Of a DNA stretch of 64,000 bases, positions 29,377-39,412 are shown in pieces. A program made the translations under genes and the position numbers. The DNA comes from Planctomycetota bacterium (GTDB taxonomy: Bacteria; Planctomycetota; Planctomycetia; JALXBF01), in NCBI GenBank assembly GCA_026991575.1, contig JALXBF010000179.1, positions 1 to 64,000 of the forward strand, read 5' to 3'. Numbering within the stretch: the stretch's first letter is position 1; each line of letters opens with the position of its first letter. The notes beneath the pieces were generated by a model. It was not told the origin of the DNA, made no database searches, and worked only from the letters and a program-made list of their open reading frames with translations.

Positions 29377-31542
29377 ATGCAGGTCACTTCACGCGCAGAC
29401 ATCGCAGCGGTACACGGTACACGATCGAACCACGGCACCGGTCTACAGGCAAGCAGCGGGGTGAGCGGGTTCGCCGCCTTGCTCGCTGCAGTGCTATCTG
29501 CCTCCGGTAGCCCAGGGGCTTCAGGACATTCGGGCATCCGGTTCACTGCACCAGAAGCAGCCCAGGCGCTACTCGGTCTGACGACCGAGCGGCAGACCGC
29601 GTTGCCGGCTGGTGCTGCTGCTGCTGATGCCGCTGCGGATGGCAGCCCTGAGGCTCATGCCACAGAGCACGCAGGCGGAGCAGCTGGTGCTTCGGCCGCG
29701 ATGGCCCCGGATCGCCTCGTGTCCGTTCGCTCAAGTTCCCCTCCCGAACAAGAGGGTGACCAGATTCAGCGAAGCGTCGCCGCGGTTGTCCCGGGGCCCA
29801 CGCTGCCCGTGCTGGAGACGTTGCCCGGCGGTTTCGTAGAGTCGGTTGCCGTCGACGCTGCCCTCAGTCAAGAGGCGACGGTGGCCGTAGCGGTGCCCGG
29901 TGCGCGGAACGCGCAGCCCTCTGCTGGGCCGCGGGTAGCCATGTCCGCAACGTCTGTCGGGGATCTTCCCGAGCCGGCGCCTGCGGCCACTGGCCGGAAT
30001 GGTCCCATGGGGGGGAGTCAATTGCCATTTGCTCCTCCTGGGACGAGGACGACGGGCAGCCCGGCACCACCCACTGTGCCAGTAGGACCGCCAGACTTTT
30101 CCCGCCCGGATTATGAGCAGCCCAGCCTTGGCCGCTCGGCTCTGGAGTCACCGCGATCAGCTCGTCTGATCGGTCTTCGCCCGAAGCCAGTCCTCGCGTC
30201 CGCGAACGCGTCCGACTCTTCGGTCGGTTCGGCGGACCCGGTGTTGACAGGCGGGGCTGCCAACGGCGTCGTCAGGGCGGAGCCTGAGCCAGGTGCCGGT
30301 GCGGTTCGAGCCGCAGGAGTGCACGCGCAACCCGATGCGGATCAGCACCGGCTGATGAGCCCCGGACCAGCGAGGTGGTCCACCGACGACGTGGTCCGCA
30401 AGTGGGCCGAGCCTGGATCACCCTCGATTGCCCGGGTGGGCGAAGCAACCGGCGAAGAACGTCTGGGCATGTCTGAGGCAAGCCGGAACAGTGGCCCACC
30501 GTCTCGCACAGCAACGGCCACGATCACCATTCCCCTGCCGGAACGCATCGCGGTTCAGGCTGGCAGCCTCCCACCAGATGGCCAGCATCCGGTCCACAGC
30601 GCTGCCTGGTCGAACCGAACGGCTCAAGACAGCACTGGGGGAAGCGTTGGAGCCGTGGATGCTGATTTGGTTGCCGCCACGCAGAAGCCCGGTCAAGACC
30701 AGTCCTTGCGGCCGGGTACGGATCGTGCCCGGGGGCACATCGTCGCGCTTGCAGGAGGACCTGAGCAGCGAAGCCTGGAGGCGGGAGCGGACCGCCTGCA
30801 TCGCCGTGGCGTGGGCGAAGCGATCCCCGGCAGGGCTTGTCCAGGCCCCGGGGGCCTGGGGAACCACGCAGACGTTGCCGTGGCAGTTGATGTGCGGCCG
30901 CCCATGGTGCGGGCACCACAGGGCCGAACGCACGGCAGGCCGCAAGCTCAGTTGGGTGCCGTGGATCGGGCGTCCACCGTAGTCGTGCGCCCGGCGATTG
31001 ACTTCTCGGTGCGTTCGTCAGAATCGGTTGAAGCGGCTGTGGTTGAGGTCCCGATACAACCCATGGCGGAGGGTGCTGTCGTTGGCGAGCGTGTGGGGGC
31101 GACGGCCAGCACGCTCTCCGGGGCTGTGATCACGGTGCAGGTGCTGGAGGGACTGAGTTACGCGATCCGATCGGGCGGGCAGCGCGTTCGGATCCGGCTA
31201 CACCCCCCTGAACTGGGCACGGTTGATCTGGAGGTGCGGCAGCGCCAGGAGGCCGTCTCGGCGCGTCTTGTCGTCGAGCGGGGCGAGGTGGCAGAGGTGC
31301 TTCGGGCCGCCGCGCCGCAGCTCCAAGAGATGCTCGAGTCGCGCGGTCTGTCGTTGGCCCGCTTTGAGGTAGCGGTCCGAAGCGACGCTCAGGATGGCCG
31401 CAGCCACGATGGTGGCCACCGCGACCCGCAGCAAGGGACTCACACGGCGCGGGCCGTCAGACAGGGAAGCCAGGCGGGCGCGACGAACTACGGCGACTCA
31501 GGCGGCGTGGGACCGCACAGCAGGCTGGATGTGCGGGTTTGA
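29377..31542 (+). CDS. fliK: Flagellar hook-length control protein
   Basis: Low-complexity N-terminus with a C-terminal IRLHPPELGTVDLEV...L..RGL...FEV domain; lies upstream of flgD. The start is uncertain. Confidence 0.85.
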   Translation: MQVTSRADIAAVHGTRSNHGTGLQASSGVSGFAALLAAVLSASGSPGASGHSGIRFTAPEAAQALLGLTTERQTALPAGAAAADAAADGSPEAHATEHAGGAAGASAAMAPDRLVSVRSSSPPEQEGDQIQRSVAAVVPGPTLPVLETLPGGFVESVAVDAALSQEATVAVAVPGARNAQPSAGPRVAMSATSVGDLPEPAPAATGRNGPMGGSQLPFAPPGTRTTGSPAPPTVPVGPPDFSRPDYEQPSLGRSALESPRSARLIGLRPKPVLASANASDSSVGSADPVLTGGAANGVVRAEPEPGAGAVRAAGVHAQPDADQHRLMSPGPARWSTDDVVRKWAEPGSPSIARVGEATGEERLGMSEASRNSGPPSRTATATITIPLPERIAVQAGSLPPDGQHPVHSAAWSNRTAQDSTGGSVGAVDADLVAATQKPGQDQSLRPGTDRARGHIVALAGGPEQRSLEAGADRLHRRGVGEAIPGRACPGPGGLGNHADVAVAVDVRPPMVRAPQGRTHGRPQAQLGAVDRASTVVVRPAIDFSVRSSESVEAAVVEVPIQPMAEGAVVGERVGATASTLSGAVITVQVLEGLSYAIRSGGQRVRIRLHPPELGTVDLEVRQRQEAVSARLVVERGEVAEVLRAAAPQLQEMLESRGLSLARFEVAVRSDAQDGRSHDGGHRDPQQGTHTARAVRQGSQAGATNYGDSGGVGPHSRLDVRV

Positions 31543-31597
31543 GCACTCCCGCCACCGCGCCACCTGTGTGGCCCGCCGTCCGGAAGGAGGTCGCAGG

Positions 31598-31963
31598 ATG
31601 AGTGACACGGCGGGAATCAGCAGCAGTGTTGCCCGTGATCAGTTTCTGCAGCTGCTGGTCACGCAGATGCGCCACCAGAACCCGCTGGATCCGATGGACA
31701 ACACCGAGTTCGTGGCGCAGCTGGCCCAGCTGTCGAGCCTCGAGCAATTGGAGAACCTAAACGGCAAGTTCGAGCAAGTGTTACTGCTGCAGGAGCTTGG
31801 TAGCGGTGCAAACCTAATTGGTCGGTATGTTACCTACTTTGAGCCCAACCAAGGCCTACGCGGCGAGGGCTGGGTGGAAAGCATTCGCAACACGCCTCAA
31901 GGACTGCAGCTGGTCGTGAACGGCAATCCCGTTCCGATCCAGTCTGTACAGCAGGTGATGTGA
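31598..31963 (+). CDS. flgD: Flagellar hook capping protein
   Basis: DQFLQLLVTQMRHQNPLDPMDNTEFVAQLAQ; AGGAGG RBS. Confidence 0.95.
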   Translation: MSDTAGISSSVARDQFLQLLVTQMRHQNPLDPMDNTEFVAQLAQLSSLEQLENLNGKFEQVLLLQELGSGANLIGRYVTYFEPNQGLRGEGWVESIRNTPQGLQLVVNGNPVPIQSVQQVM

Positions 31964-32042
31964 TCCCTCCTGAAAAGCCACGGACCAGGACGCACTCTTC
32001 GACACGGCACGCCCTTGACGTGTCTGCGCACGGAGGTAAACG

Positions 32043-33695
32043 ATGTCGGTTGCTCTGAATACCGGCGTATCGGGCCTACGAGCCCACCAGCGCATGTTGG
32101 ACGTGATCGCCAACAACCTGGCCAACGTCAACACGGTTGCGTTCAAGAGCCAGCGAACGCTGTTCGGTGACCTGCTTTACGACACGCTGCGCGAGGCGAC
32201 CGGGGCCGGTGACAACGTCTCCTCGACAAACCCACTCCAGCTCGGCCTGGGCGTGAAGGTCACGGCAATCGACCCGGACTTTGGCCAAGGGAACCTGGAA
32301 GCCACCGGACGTCCCTTCGACCTGGCGATCCGAGGCGATGGCTTCTTCGTGGTGTTCACCAATACCGATACGCTGTTTACACGGGCCGGTGCCTTCGGGC
32401 TCGATACGAACAACTACCTGATCGATCCATCGACTGGTTACTATGTCCGGCGGACCGGTACGGTCGGCGAGGCTGAAGGATTCCAGGTGCCTGGGGACAA
32501 CAGGATCAAGATTCCCTTTGGGGAGCTGATCCCCGGAAAGGCAACGAAAGAAATCACCTTTCAGGGCAACCTGTCGGCGGACGCCACCGGGCCGATGGCG
32601 GAGGTGATCGCGACCTCCGCGCCGCTGACCGTTGGTGGCGTGCCGGCTACCGGTACGACGTTGCTCAACGATCTGGATACCAACCTGGTCGACTACGCCT
32701 CGGGTGATTCGCTAATCATCACCGGCACCGACTTCGACGGTAGCGCGGTGAACACTACCCTTGCCGTTGATGCAACCACAACTGTTCAGGATCTGCTCGA
32801 TGCGATCAACGCCGCCTTCTCGGGCGCGACTGCTACGCTCGATGCACAGGGCAATATCGTCTTGACGGCGAACAGCACGGGCGAGACCTCGTTGGATTTG
32901 CAAATCCAGGACGATCCCGGTAACACCGGCAGCACGAGCTGGTATGAGCATGCGTTCGAGGTGGTCACCGACGGTAAGGATGGCGATACGGTGACCACAT
33001 CGATCAAGGTGTACGACAGCCTGGGCAAGGCACACACTTTGACGTTCACGTTCGAAAAGGTCTCCGACAACGTCTGGGACCTGACGGTTACGGGCGACCC
33101 GAGTGAGGTGACGATCCTGGACGGCAGCGTCAAAGGCATCACCTTCAACGACGACGGGTCGTTCGAGACCGTGACCGGCACAGGTGTGGACGATGCGAAC
33201 ATCGCCGTGCAGTTCGCGGGCCTATCAACGCCGCAGACGATCGACCTGGATTTCGGGCAGACCGGCACCTATGTGGGGCTAACCCACCTGGGGGGTGGCT
33301 CTACGGCGGCGGCCACTCGGCAGGATGGTTACGGTCCCGGCAGTCTGGTCAACGTCTCGGTGAATGCCGACGGAACGATCAAGGGAATCTTCAGTAACGG
33401 CCAGATCATCTCGCTGGCTCAGCTTGAGCTGGCCACGTTCGGCAATCCGGCTGGTCTCAAGCGTGTTGGCGACAACTACTATCAGATCACGGCCAACTCC
33501 GGCGAGCCGTACCTGGGGACGCCGACCACGGGCGGTCGCGGATCGATCGAACGTGGTGTGCTGGAAAGCTCCAACGTTGACATTGCCGAGCAGTTCACAC
33601 AGATGATCCTGGCCCAACGAGGGTTCCAGGTAAACGCTCGTACGATCACCGTGACCAACGAGGTGCTGCAGGAAGTCACGAACCTGATCCGGTAA
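32043..33695 (+). CDS. flgE: Flagellar hook protein
   Basis: IANNLANVNT, DLAIRGDGFF, VYDSLG and LESSNVD...QRGFQVNAR. Confidence 0.95.
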   Translation: MSVALNTGVSGLRAHQRMLDVIANNLANVNTVAFKSQRTLFGDLLYDTLREATGAGDNVSSTNPLQLGLGVKVTAIDPDFGQGNLEATGRPFDLAIRGDGFFVVFTNTDTLFTRAGAFGLDTNNYLIDPSTGYYVRRTGTVGEAEGFQVPGDNRIKIPFGELIPGKATKEITFQGNLSADATGPMAEVIATSAPLTVGGVPATGTTLLNDLDTNLVDYASGDSLIITGTDFDGSAVNTTLAVDATTTVQDLLDAINAAFSGATATLDAQGNIVLTANSTGETSLDLQIQDDPGNTGSTSWYEHAFEVVTDGKDGDTVTTSIKVYDSLGKAHTLTFTFEKVSDNVWDLTVTGDPSEVTILDGSVKGITFNDDGSFETVTGTGVDDANIAVQFAGLSTPQTIDLDFGQTGTYVGLTHLGGGSTAAATRQDGYGPGSLVNVSVNADGTIKGIFSNGQIISLAQLELATFGNPAGLKRVGDNYYQITANSGEPYLGTPTTGGRGSIERGVLESSNVDIAEQFTQMILAQRGFQVNARTITVTNEVLQEVTNLIR

Positions 33696-33726
33696 GCCTA
33701 CCGGATGATGCCTTCTTCTCCGGTCG

Positions 33727-34464
33727 CTACGGCGCAGGGGCCATCCCCGCGCCGTTTTCGTGCGCGGCGGGCCCCGGTAAGATCGTAGCCGACTTGGGAC
33801 TCTGGTCGGCAACCGTGGCTGCCGGCTCACTGGCGAGAGCCGCGGCGAGTTCGTGGGCGACGTAGCGCAGGAACTCGCGGGGAGCTTCGATGACCGCTCG
33901 GTGCCGGAGTCTGACGAAGCCGTGACTAAGCTCGCGACGGCGAAAAGCTTCGTACCGGTCGGCCACGCGCGCTTCGTTCAGGTCCCACGTCCCGCGTAGC
34001 TCCCAGAGCACGTCCGCTAGACCGCCCGTGTACGCCCGGACGACGAGCACGATCCTTGGAGGGGGGTATGGGCGGTAGTCCAGCACGCGCACGGCCAGAA
34101 CGATATCGGCACGAGCTTTCTCTGCCAGTGCAGCCAGGACAGCAGGGTCCTCGGTTAGCCCCCCACCGGATGCTGCCGAGTCGTCCGGTGCGGGAGCCAG
34201 GACGAGGTAGCCGTGCTTTGCCAGCGCCAGCCTTAGCGACTCCTGCAGCAGCGCGAGGTGATTCGGTTCGACATCACGACCAACCGGGGGGAGCAGCAGA
34301 ACGCGCCGGTAGGCGACTGGATCGAGCGGCTGCGCCGCTTCCACGACATAGGTCGGCGGCGGTAACGCCCTGGAGAACAGCACGCAGCCGACCAGCATGG
34401 TGACGCTGGCAAAAGCCACGGCGACCAGCCGGCTAACCGAACAGCACGTCTGTTTGCGTTCCAT
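33727..34464 (-). CDS. Hypothetical lipoprotein, possibly CsgG/PelC/FlgO-like fold
   Basis: Lipobox-like MLVG-C; RRVLLLPP...ADIVLAVRVLDYRPYPPPRI. Confidence 0.55.
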   Translation of the reverse strand: MERKQTCCSVSRLVAVAFASVTMLVGCVLFSRALPPPTYVVEAAQPLDPVAYRRVLLLPPVGRDVEPNHLALLQESLRLALAKHGYLVLAPAPDDSAASGGGLTEDPAVLAALAEKARADIVLAVRVLDYRPYPPPRIVLVVRAYTGGLADVLWELRGTWDLNEARVADRYEAFRRRELSHGFVRLRHRAVIEAPREFLRYVAHELAAALASEPAATVADQSPKSATILPGPAAHENGAGMAPAP

Positions 34465-34483
34465 GACAACCCCCCTGCCCCCT

Positions 34484-35062
34484 CTAGCGCAGGATGATTA
34501 GCTGGCCGGAGCTGTCCGAGGGCCGGGCCGTTGTTGGCGCCTGTTCGTCCCCGCGTGCGGAACGGTACGCGGGTTGTTCCTGCCGGGGTTGGGTAGGCGT
34601 TGAACCTGGTGAGGAGGGTTGCTGCGGTTCGGGTTGAGCCTGTTGCATGCTCTGGATCCACATCGACAGGGCCGTGTCCAGCTGCTGGAGCACTTTGCGG
34701 TCTTCCTCAAGGTACCGCTCGTACCGTGCGATGGTCATTTTCTCGAGCCGATCCAGTTGGGCAGTCAATCCCATGAGCTGCTGCTGCAGGTGGGCAACTT
34801 GCTGTTGCAACTCCCCGATCTGCCGGGCCTGCTCGGCGTCCCGATCCGCAAGCGCATCGAGCCGCGCCTCCAACGAGACAAGACGGTCTGCCCGCTCGGG
34901 AGTCGGCTCTGCCGGTGAGGTTTCCCCGGGTTCTTCATCCACGACGTGGACTTCCTTGGTTTCCTCTACTACGCGGACCACACGGTACGGCACGACCGCG
35001 CAGCCGGTGGCAAGTGGTACCAGGGCAAGCACAGCCATCAGTATCGCAGACTTGGAGACCAT
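34484..35062 (-). CDS. Hypothetical coiled-coil lipoprotein
   Basis: Lipobox LATG-C; Gln/Leu heptad region; GGAGG RBS. Confidence 0.65.
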   Translation of the reverse strand: MVSKSAILMAVLALVPLATGCAVVPYRVVRVVEETKEVHVVDEEPGETSPAEPTPERADRLVSLEARLDALADRDAEQARQIGELQQQVAHLQQQLMGLTAQLDRLEKMTIARYERYLEEDRKVLQQLDTALSMWIQSMQQAQPEPQQPSSPGSTPTQPRQEQPAYRSARGDEQAPTTARPSDSSGQLIILR

Positions 35063-35090
35063 CCCTCCTCTCCCCTGGAGCAGTCTCTCG

Positions 35091-35453
35091 TTACCCCTGT
35101 TCTCCGTCGTTCTCGGTTGGTCGGGCCGATGCTTGCTGGCCCTGCTGCGTTGTTTCCTGGGGGCCGGTTGTTAACCAGACCAGAGTTGCCTTCCCGCACG
35201 AGCAGCGGAGCTCAAGCAACGCCCGCTCGGATCCTACCGTCACCAGCCGTACGGAGACGCCGGCATCTGCGACGGGCCGGTGATCAATCTCAGGGGCGGT
35301 CTCAGACGGCTGCGGTGGCCGGTTCGGTTCGCTGCGCCGCTCTTGCGTGCTTTCGTCAGCGTTGGTTGCCGTGTCACGCTGACTGCGCGGGCCAACAATG
35401 GCCTTCTGCTTGCTCGTGCGGACCTTTGTCCCCGGCAGTATCGCTCGGCTCAT
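35091..35453 (-). CDS. Hypothetical protein with a CxCG motif
   Basis: LELRCSCG; co-oriented and closely spaced within the operon. Confidence 0.5.
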   Translation of the reverse strand: MSRAILPGTKVRTSKQKAIVGPRSQRDTATNADESTQERRSEPNRPPQPSETAPEIDHRPVADAGVSVRLVTVGSERALLELRCSCGKATLVWLTTGPQETTQQGQQASARPTENDGEQG

Positions 35454-35467
35454 GGGACACTCACGTG

Positions 35468-35683
35468 CTACGCCTCCAGGTCGATGACCCGCCCGATCGG
35501 GCGATCATCGTGACCCTGATCGGTTGCTGGATCATCGGCCCTCTCTTGCTCGTCCTGCTCCCGATCGGTGTCGCTAGCCGGCTCCTGGTCCTGCGAGCGT
35601 TTCTTCCGCTTGGTTCGTGGATTCTGCATTAGCCACCAGGACCGGTCCGACGCCGGTCCGACACCACGCGGGTCGCTGACCAT
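35468..35683 (-). CDS. Small hypothetical protein ending in GRVIDLEA
   Basis: GGAGG RBS; 71 aa; C-terminal GxxID motif. Confidence 0.5.
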   Translation of the reverse strand: MVSDPRGVGPASDRSWWLMQNPRTKRKKRSQDQEPASDTDREQDEQERADDPATDQGHDDRPIGRVIDLEA

Positions 35684-35688
35684 GATGT

Positions 35689-36006
35689 TTACCTCCCGGC
35701 ATTACCGCTTCCGGGATCGGCCCGCGTTGGTTGCGATTGCTCTGAGGTGAGTAGCTCTTCGGGCCCGTTCTGCTCAGCGTCACCGCAGGCACGCCCCTGT
35801 TCGGCGGCGCGTGCCAGCCACTGCAGCCACCGGTTCGCTGCCAGCGCGACGCCGCAGAAGACCACGGCGCTGACCAGGCTCCGACCGAGGATTCGTTCCG
35901 GTGGCAGCCACCGCACCGTACCGATTAGCACGGAAATAGCAAAGCCCAATATGGCGGCCAGCATCGGAATCGGGATGCCTGCCGAACGCCTCGTGCGCGT
36001 TTGCAC
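35689..36006 (-). CDS. Hypothetical small membrane protein
   Basis: Two hydrophobic segments; directly downstream of flhA. The start is uncertain. Confidence 0.5.
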   Translation of the reverse strand: MQTRTRRSAGIPIPMLAAILGFAISVLIGTVRWLPPERILGRSLVSAVVFCGVALAANRWLQWLARAAEQGRACGDAEQNGPEELLTSEQSQPTRADPGSGNAGR

Positions 36007-36036
36007 TGCCGACCATCTCCCCTGGTCTGCTCACGA

Positions 36037-38193
36037 CTACGCCGCTTCTGCCTGGTTTCCACCCTGTTGCTGCAGCAGCCGTTCGATCTCGACCGGTAGG
36101 TCACCAGCGACAGCCTGGATGCCCAGCTGTTCTGGCGTGATGACCGCAACCGTGTCCAGGCGCAGCTCGCGCGGGATCTCCGAGTAGGCGATCACAGCGA
36201 GGTCCGGCAAGGCCCGCACCAGGAGACTCCGTAGCGGTCGCCTCAGTTGCTTCTCAACCGCCACGGCCACCTCCTGGTCGGCAGCCACTGCCTTTCGGAG
36301 CTCGTCGGCAAGCCGCTCAATGAGCCGTTGCATGAGCGATGGCTCAAGCACGAGTTGGCGGCCGCGGAGTGATTGCTTGAAATGCAGCTCTACGCGCGGG
36401 TCGAACACGATGGCACGCACCCGACCATCCGCAGTACGAAACCGTTCGCAGATCGTACGGCCCAGATCCACGCGTACTCGTTCCACGAGCTCCACGGGAT
36501 CCTTGATATTCGGAGCATGCACGGCAAGGCTTTCCAGGATGCGAGTCAGGTTGGTGATCGGCACCTGTTCCTCGAGCAAGCCTGCCAAGACTTGCTGGAC
36601 GGTGGACAGCGTGACCAGGTTGGGAATCAGCTCTTCGACTAGCGTCGGTGAGGCTTCTTTGACCTTATCCACGAGCCGCTTGACATCCTCGCGGCTGAGC
36701 AGCTCATGCGCGTGCCGCCGGACGACTTCACCCAGGTGGGTGACGAGGACGGTGGCCGGGTCGACCACCGTGTATCCGAGCATCTCGGCACGCTGCGCTT
36801 CGGAGGGGGCAATCCAGTAAGCGGGCAGTCCGAAGGCGGGTTCGCGCGTCGCCCGTCCATCAAGCTTGCCTTGAACCGAGCCGGTCTCGATTGCCAGCAT
36901 CTCGTCCGGGTACAGCTCGTACCGGGCCTCTTCGTACCCGTTGATCAGAATGCGGTACTGGTTCGGCGCCAGCTCAAGGTTGTCGCGGATGCGGACCGGT
37001 GGCACGAGGATGCCGTGCTTGCGTGCCATGTCACGACGCAGGCCCGCGATGCGTTCAAGCAAGCCCGTGCCTCGCCGCGGGTCGACCAGCGGGATGAGCC
37101 GGGCGCCGATTTCGACTGCTGCGCGATCGTGCTGCAGGAGCTCTTCCAGCTTGACCTCCTGGGGTCTTGCAGCCACTGGTTCTCGCTTCTGCTGAGCCTC
37201 GGCCTGCTTGGCTGCTTCGGCCCGTCGCTGAGTCAAGCGCCAGCCGGCCCAGCCTAGCCCACCGGCCAAGAGGAAAAACGGAACCTTGGGCAGGCCTGGC
37301 GTAAGGGCGATCGCACCCAGTAGCCCTGCCCCGGTAAGAAGCGCGCGGGGCTTGAGAAAGACCTGCTCGGCCAGCTCCTCTGCCACGCTCACCGAAGTGC
37401 TGGCCTTCGTGATCAGCATGCCTGCCGCCGTTGCCGTGATCAACGCAGGAATCTGCGACACGAGGCCATCGCCGACGGTCAGCACCGAATAGGTGCGGAT
37501 CGCTTCCAGGAAGCTCAGACCGTCACCCAGCCCGATGACCATGCCACCGATCAGGTTGACGGCGGTGATGATGAGCCCGGCAATCGCGTCGCCACGGACG
37601 AACTTGCTGGCACCGTCCATGGCACCGTAGAACTCTGCTTCCCGCATCACCAGATGGCGACGACGGCGTGCTTCGTTTTCATCAATCAACCCGGCGTTCA
37701 ATTCGGCATCGATTGCCATCTGCTTACCGGGCAGAGCGTCCAGCGTGAATCGGGCGGCGACTTCGGAAATACGCCCCGCTCCACGGGTGATCACGACGAA
37801 TTGAATGACCACCAGGATGAGAAACACCACCAGACCGACGATCAGATTCCCGCCAACGACGAAGTTGCCGAACGTGTACACGATCCGTCCTGCGTCCCCT
37901 TGGAGCAGGATCTGCCTGGTGGTGGCGACGTTGAGCGACAGGCGGATCAACGTCAGCAGTAGAAGGACGGAGGGAAACACCGAGAATTCCAACGGCTGGC
38001 GGGCCGACAGCGTTACCAGAAGCACCATCAGGGTCAAGGAGATGTTCGTGGCCAGGAGGGCGTCGATGAGCATGGGGGGCAGTGGGATGAGCAGGACGAT
38101 GAGCACGGCAAGCATCGCGGCCGACAGCAGCAGCTCGCTGCGCTGCGCGAACGGCAAGTTGCTATCGGTCAACGAAGGCTGCTTGCTCACCAT
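36037..38193 (-). CDS. flhA: Flagellar export gate protein FlhA
   Basis: RFTLDALPGKQMAIDAELNAG and FYGAMDGASKFVRGDAIAG. Confidence 0.97.
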   Translation of the reverse strand: MVSKQPSLTDSNLPFAQRSELLLSAAMLAVLIVLLIPLPPMLIDALLATNISLTLMVLLVTLSARQPLEFSVFPSVLLLLTLIRLSLNVATTRQILLQGDAGRIVYTFGNFVVGGNLIVGLVVFLILVVIQFVVITRGAGRISEVAARFTLDALPGKQMAIDAELNAGLIDENEARRRRHLVMREAEFYGAMDGASKFVRGDAIAGLIITAVNLIGGMVIGLGDGLSFLEAIRTYSVLTVGDGLVSQIPALITATAAGMLITKASTSVSVAEELAEQVFLKPRALLTGAGLLGAIALTPGLPKVPFFLLAGGLGWAGWRLTQRRAEAAKQAEAQQKREPVAARPQEVKLEELLQHDRAAVEIGARLIPLVDPRRGTGLLERIAGLRRDMARKHGILVPPVRIRDNLELAPNQYRILINGYEEARYELYPDEMLAIETGSVQGKLDGRATREPAFGLPAYWIAPSEAQRAEMLGYTVVDPATVLVTHLGEVVRRHAHELLSREDVKRLVDKVKEASPTLVEELIPNLVTLSTVQQVLAGLLEEQVPITNLTRILESLAVHAPNIKDPVELVERVRVDLGRTICERFRTADGRVRAIVFDPRVELHFKQSLRGRQLVLEPSLMQRLIERLADELRKAVAADQEVAVAVEKQLRRPLRSLLVRALPDLAVIAYSEIPRELRLDTVAVITPEQLGIQAVAGDLPVEIERLLQQQGGNQAEAA

Positions 38194-38314
38194 CCTTTCT
38201 CGGTCCCCTGAACCCCCTGCCCGCCGATACCATGCCTGGCGGAGCTAGCGTTCAGCCGAGGCGATCGGTCCGATTGGCATTGCGGACAGTGCTTCCGTGG
38301 CACGCCCGGCCACG

Positions 38315-39382
38315 TCAGGCCGATCTCCGGAAATGCCTGCGCATCTTGTACACGAACGCCAGCACCTCGGCAACCGCAAAATAAAACGCCACCGGGATCT
38401 CTTGTCCCACGGGAACGCTTCGGTAAAGCGCCCGTGCCAGCGACGGCCGCTGCACCACCGGTACGCCGGCTTCCCGCGCCTTCTGGATGATACGCTCGGC
38501 CAGCCGCTCGGCCCCCTTGGCCACCACAACCGGGGCGGGCATCAGGCCGCGCTCGTACTTCAGCGCCACGGCCACATGCGTCGGGTTCGTGATCACGACA
38601 CTCGCCGTTGGTACATCCTCTAGCATGCGCCGCCGGGCGTACTCACGCTGCAAGCTTCGGATGCGAGCACGCACCATCGGATCGCCTTCCTCGCGCTTCA
38701 ACTCCTCCTTCAACTCCTGGCGTGTCATGCGCAGCTCTTGCTCGTACCGCCACCGCTGATAGCCGTAGTCCGCAAGGGCAAGCACCAGTAGGGCGGCCGC
38801 AGCAGCCGCCAGGCATCGAATAGCCAGGCCCCAGGCTTCCTGAACCACCGACGCTGCAGGGGCACCAGCCAACCCGTACAGCGAAGGCGCTCGTTGCCAG
38901 ACGATCCAGCACACCACCGCCAGCACAACGGCCGCCTTGAGCACGGCGAGCACGGTCCGGAGCCACCAGCCGTCGACCATGCGACGCCAGCCCCGGGCTA
39001 GGCTAAGCCGATCGATCCGTGGCGTCAGCAGCGGGTAGGCCACATAGAAGCCGACCTGGAGCGCATCGCCCAAGAGGGCCAGAACCAAGAACACAAGCCA
39101 CAGGGTTACGGTGGCGCCAGCCGCGGCCGTAACGATGTGGCGCAGCGCATCTAGCCAACCGACCACATGCGGATGAGCTGCGGCGTCAGCGGCCCGTTGC
39201 AACGACCAGACCAACCCCTGTCCCAGTGCCGGGCCAAGCCATGCTAGGGCGGCAGTGCCCACCAGAAGAACGAGCGACGAGGTCAGATCACGACTCCGCG
39301 CGACCTGACCTTGTCGCCGCGCCTCACGCCGCCGTCGCGGGGTTGGCGCTTCGGTCTTGGCCTGAGCGTCGCCGGGCGGCAC
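38315..39382 (-). CDS. flhB: Flagellar export switch protein FlhB
   Basis: KTEAPTPRR, the NPTH cleavage motif and APVVVAKG. Confidence 0.97.
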   Translation of the reverse strand: MPPGDAQAKTEAPTPRRRREARRQGQVARSRDLTSSLVLLVGTAALAWLGPALGQGLVWSLQRAADAAAHPHVVGWLDALRHIVTAAAGATVTLWLVFLVLALLGDALQVGFYVAYPLLTPRIDRLSLARGWRRMVDGWWLRTVLAVLKAAVVLAVVCWIVWQRAPSLYGLAGAPAASVVQEAWGLAIRCLAAAAAALLVLALADYGYQRWRYEQELRMTRQELKEELKREEGDPMVRARIRSLQREYARRRMLEDVPTASVVITNPTHVAVALKYERGLMPAPVVVAKGAERLAERIIQKAREAGVPVVQRPSLARALYRSVPVGQEIPVAFYFAVAEVLAFVYKMRRHFRRSA

Positions 39383-39412
39383 GCTTCAGCTCACCTCCTG
39401 GCACCGACCAAA

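Noticed and set aside
29158..29546. Apparent 390-bp head-to-head overlap of DUF885 and fliK
   Set aside because: It comes from over-extended ORF starts; starts at 29174 and 29377 remove the overlap.
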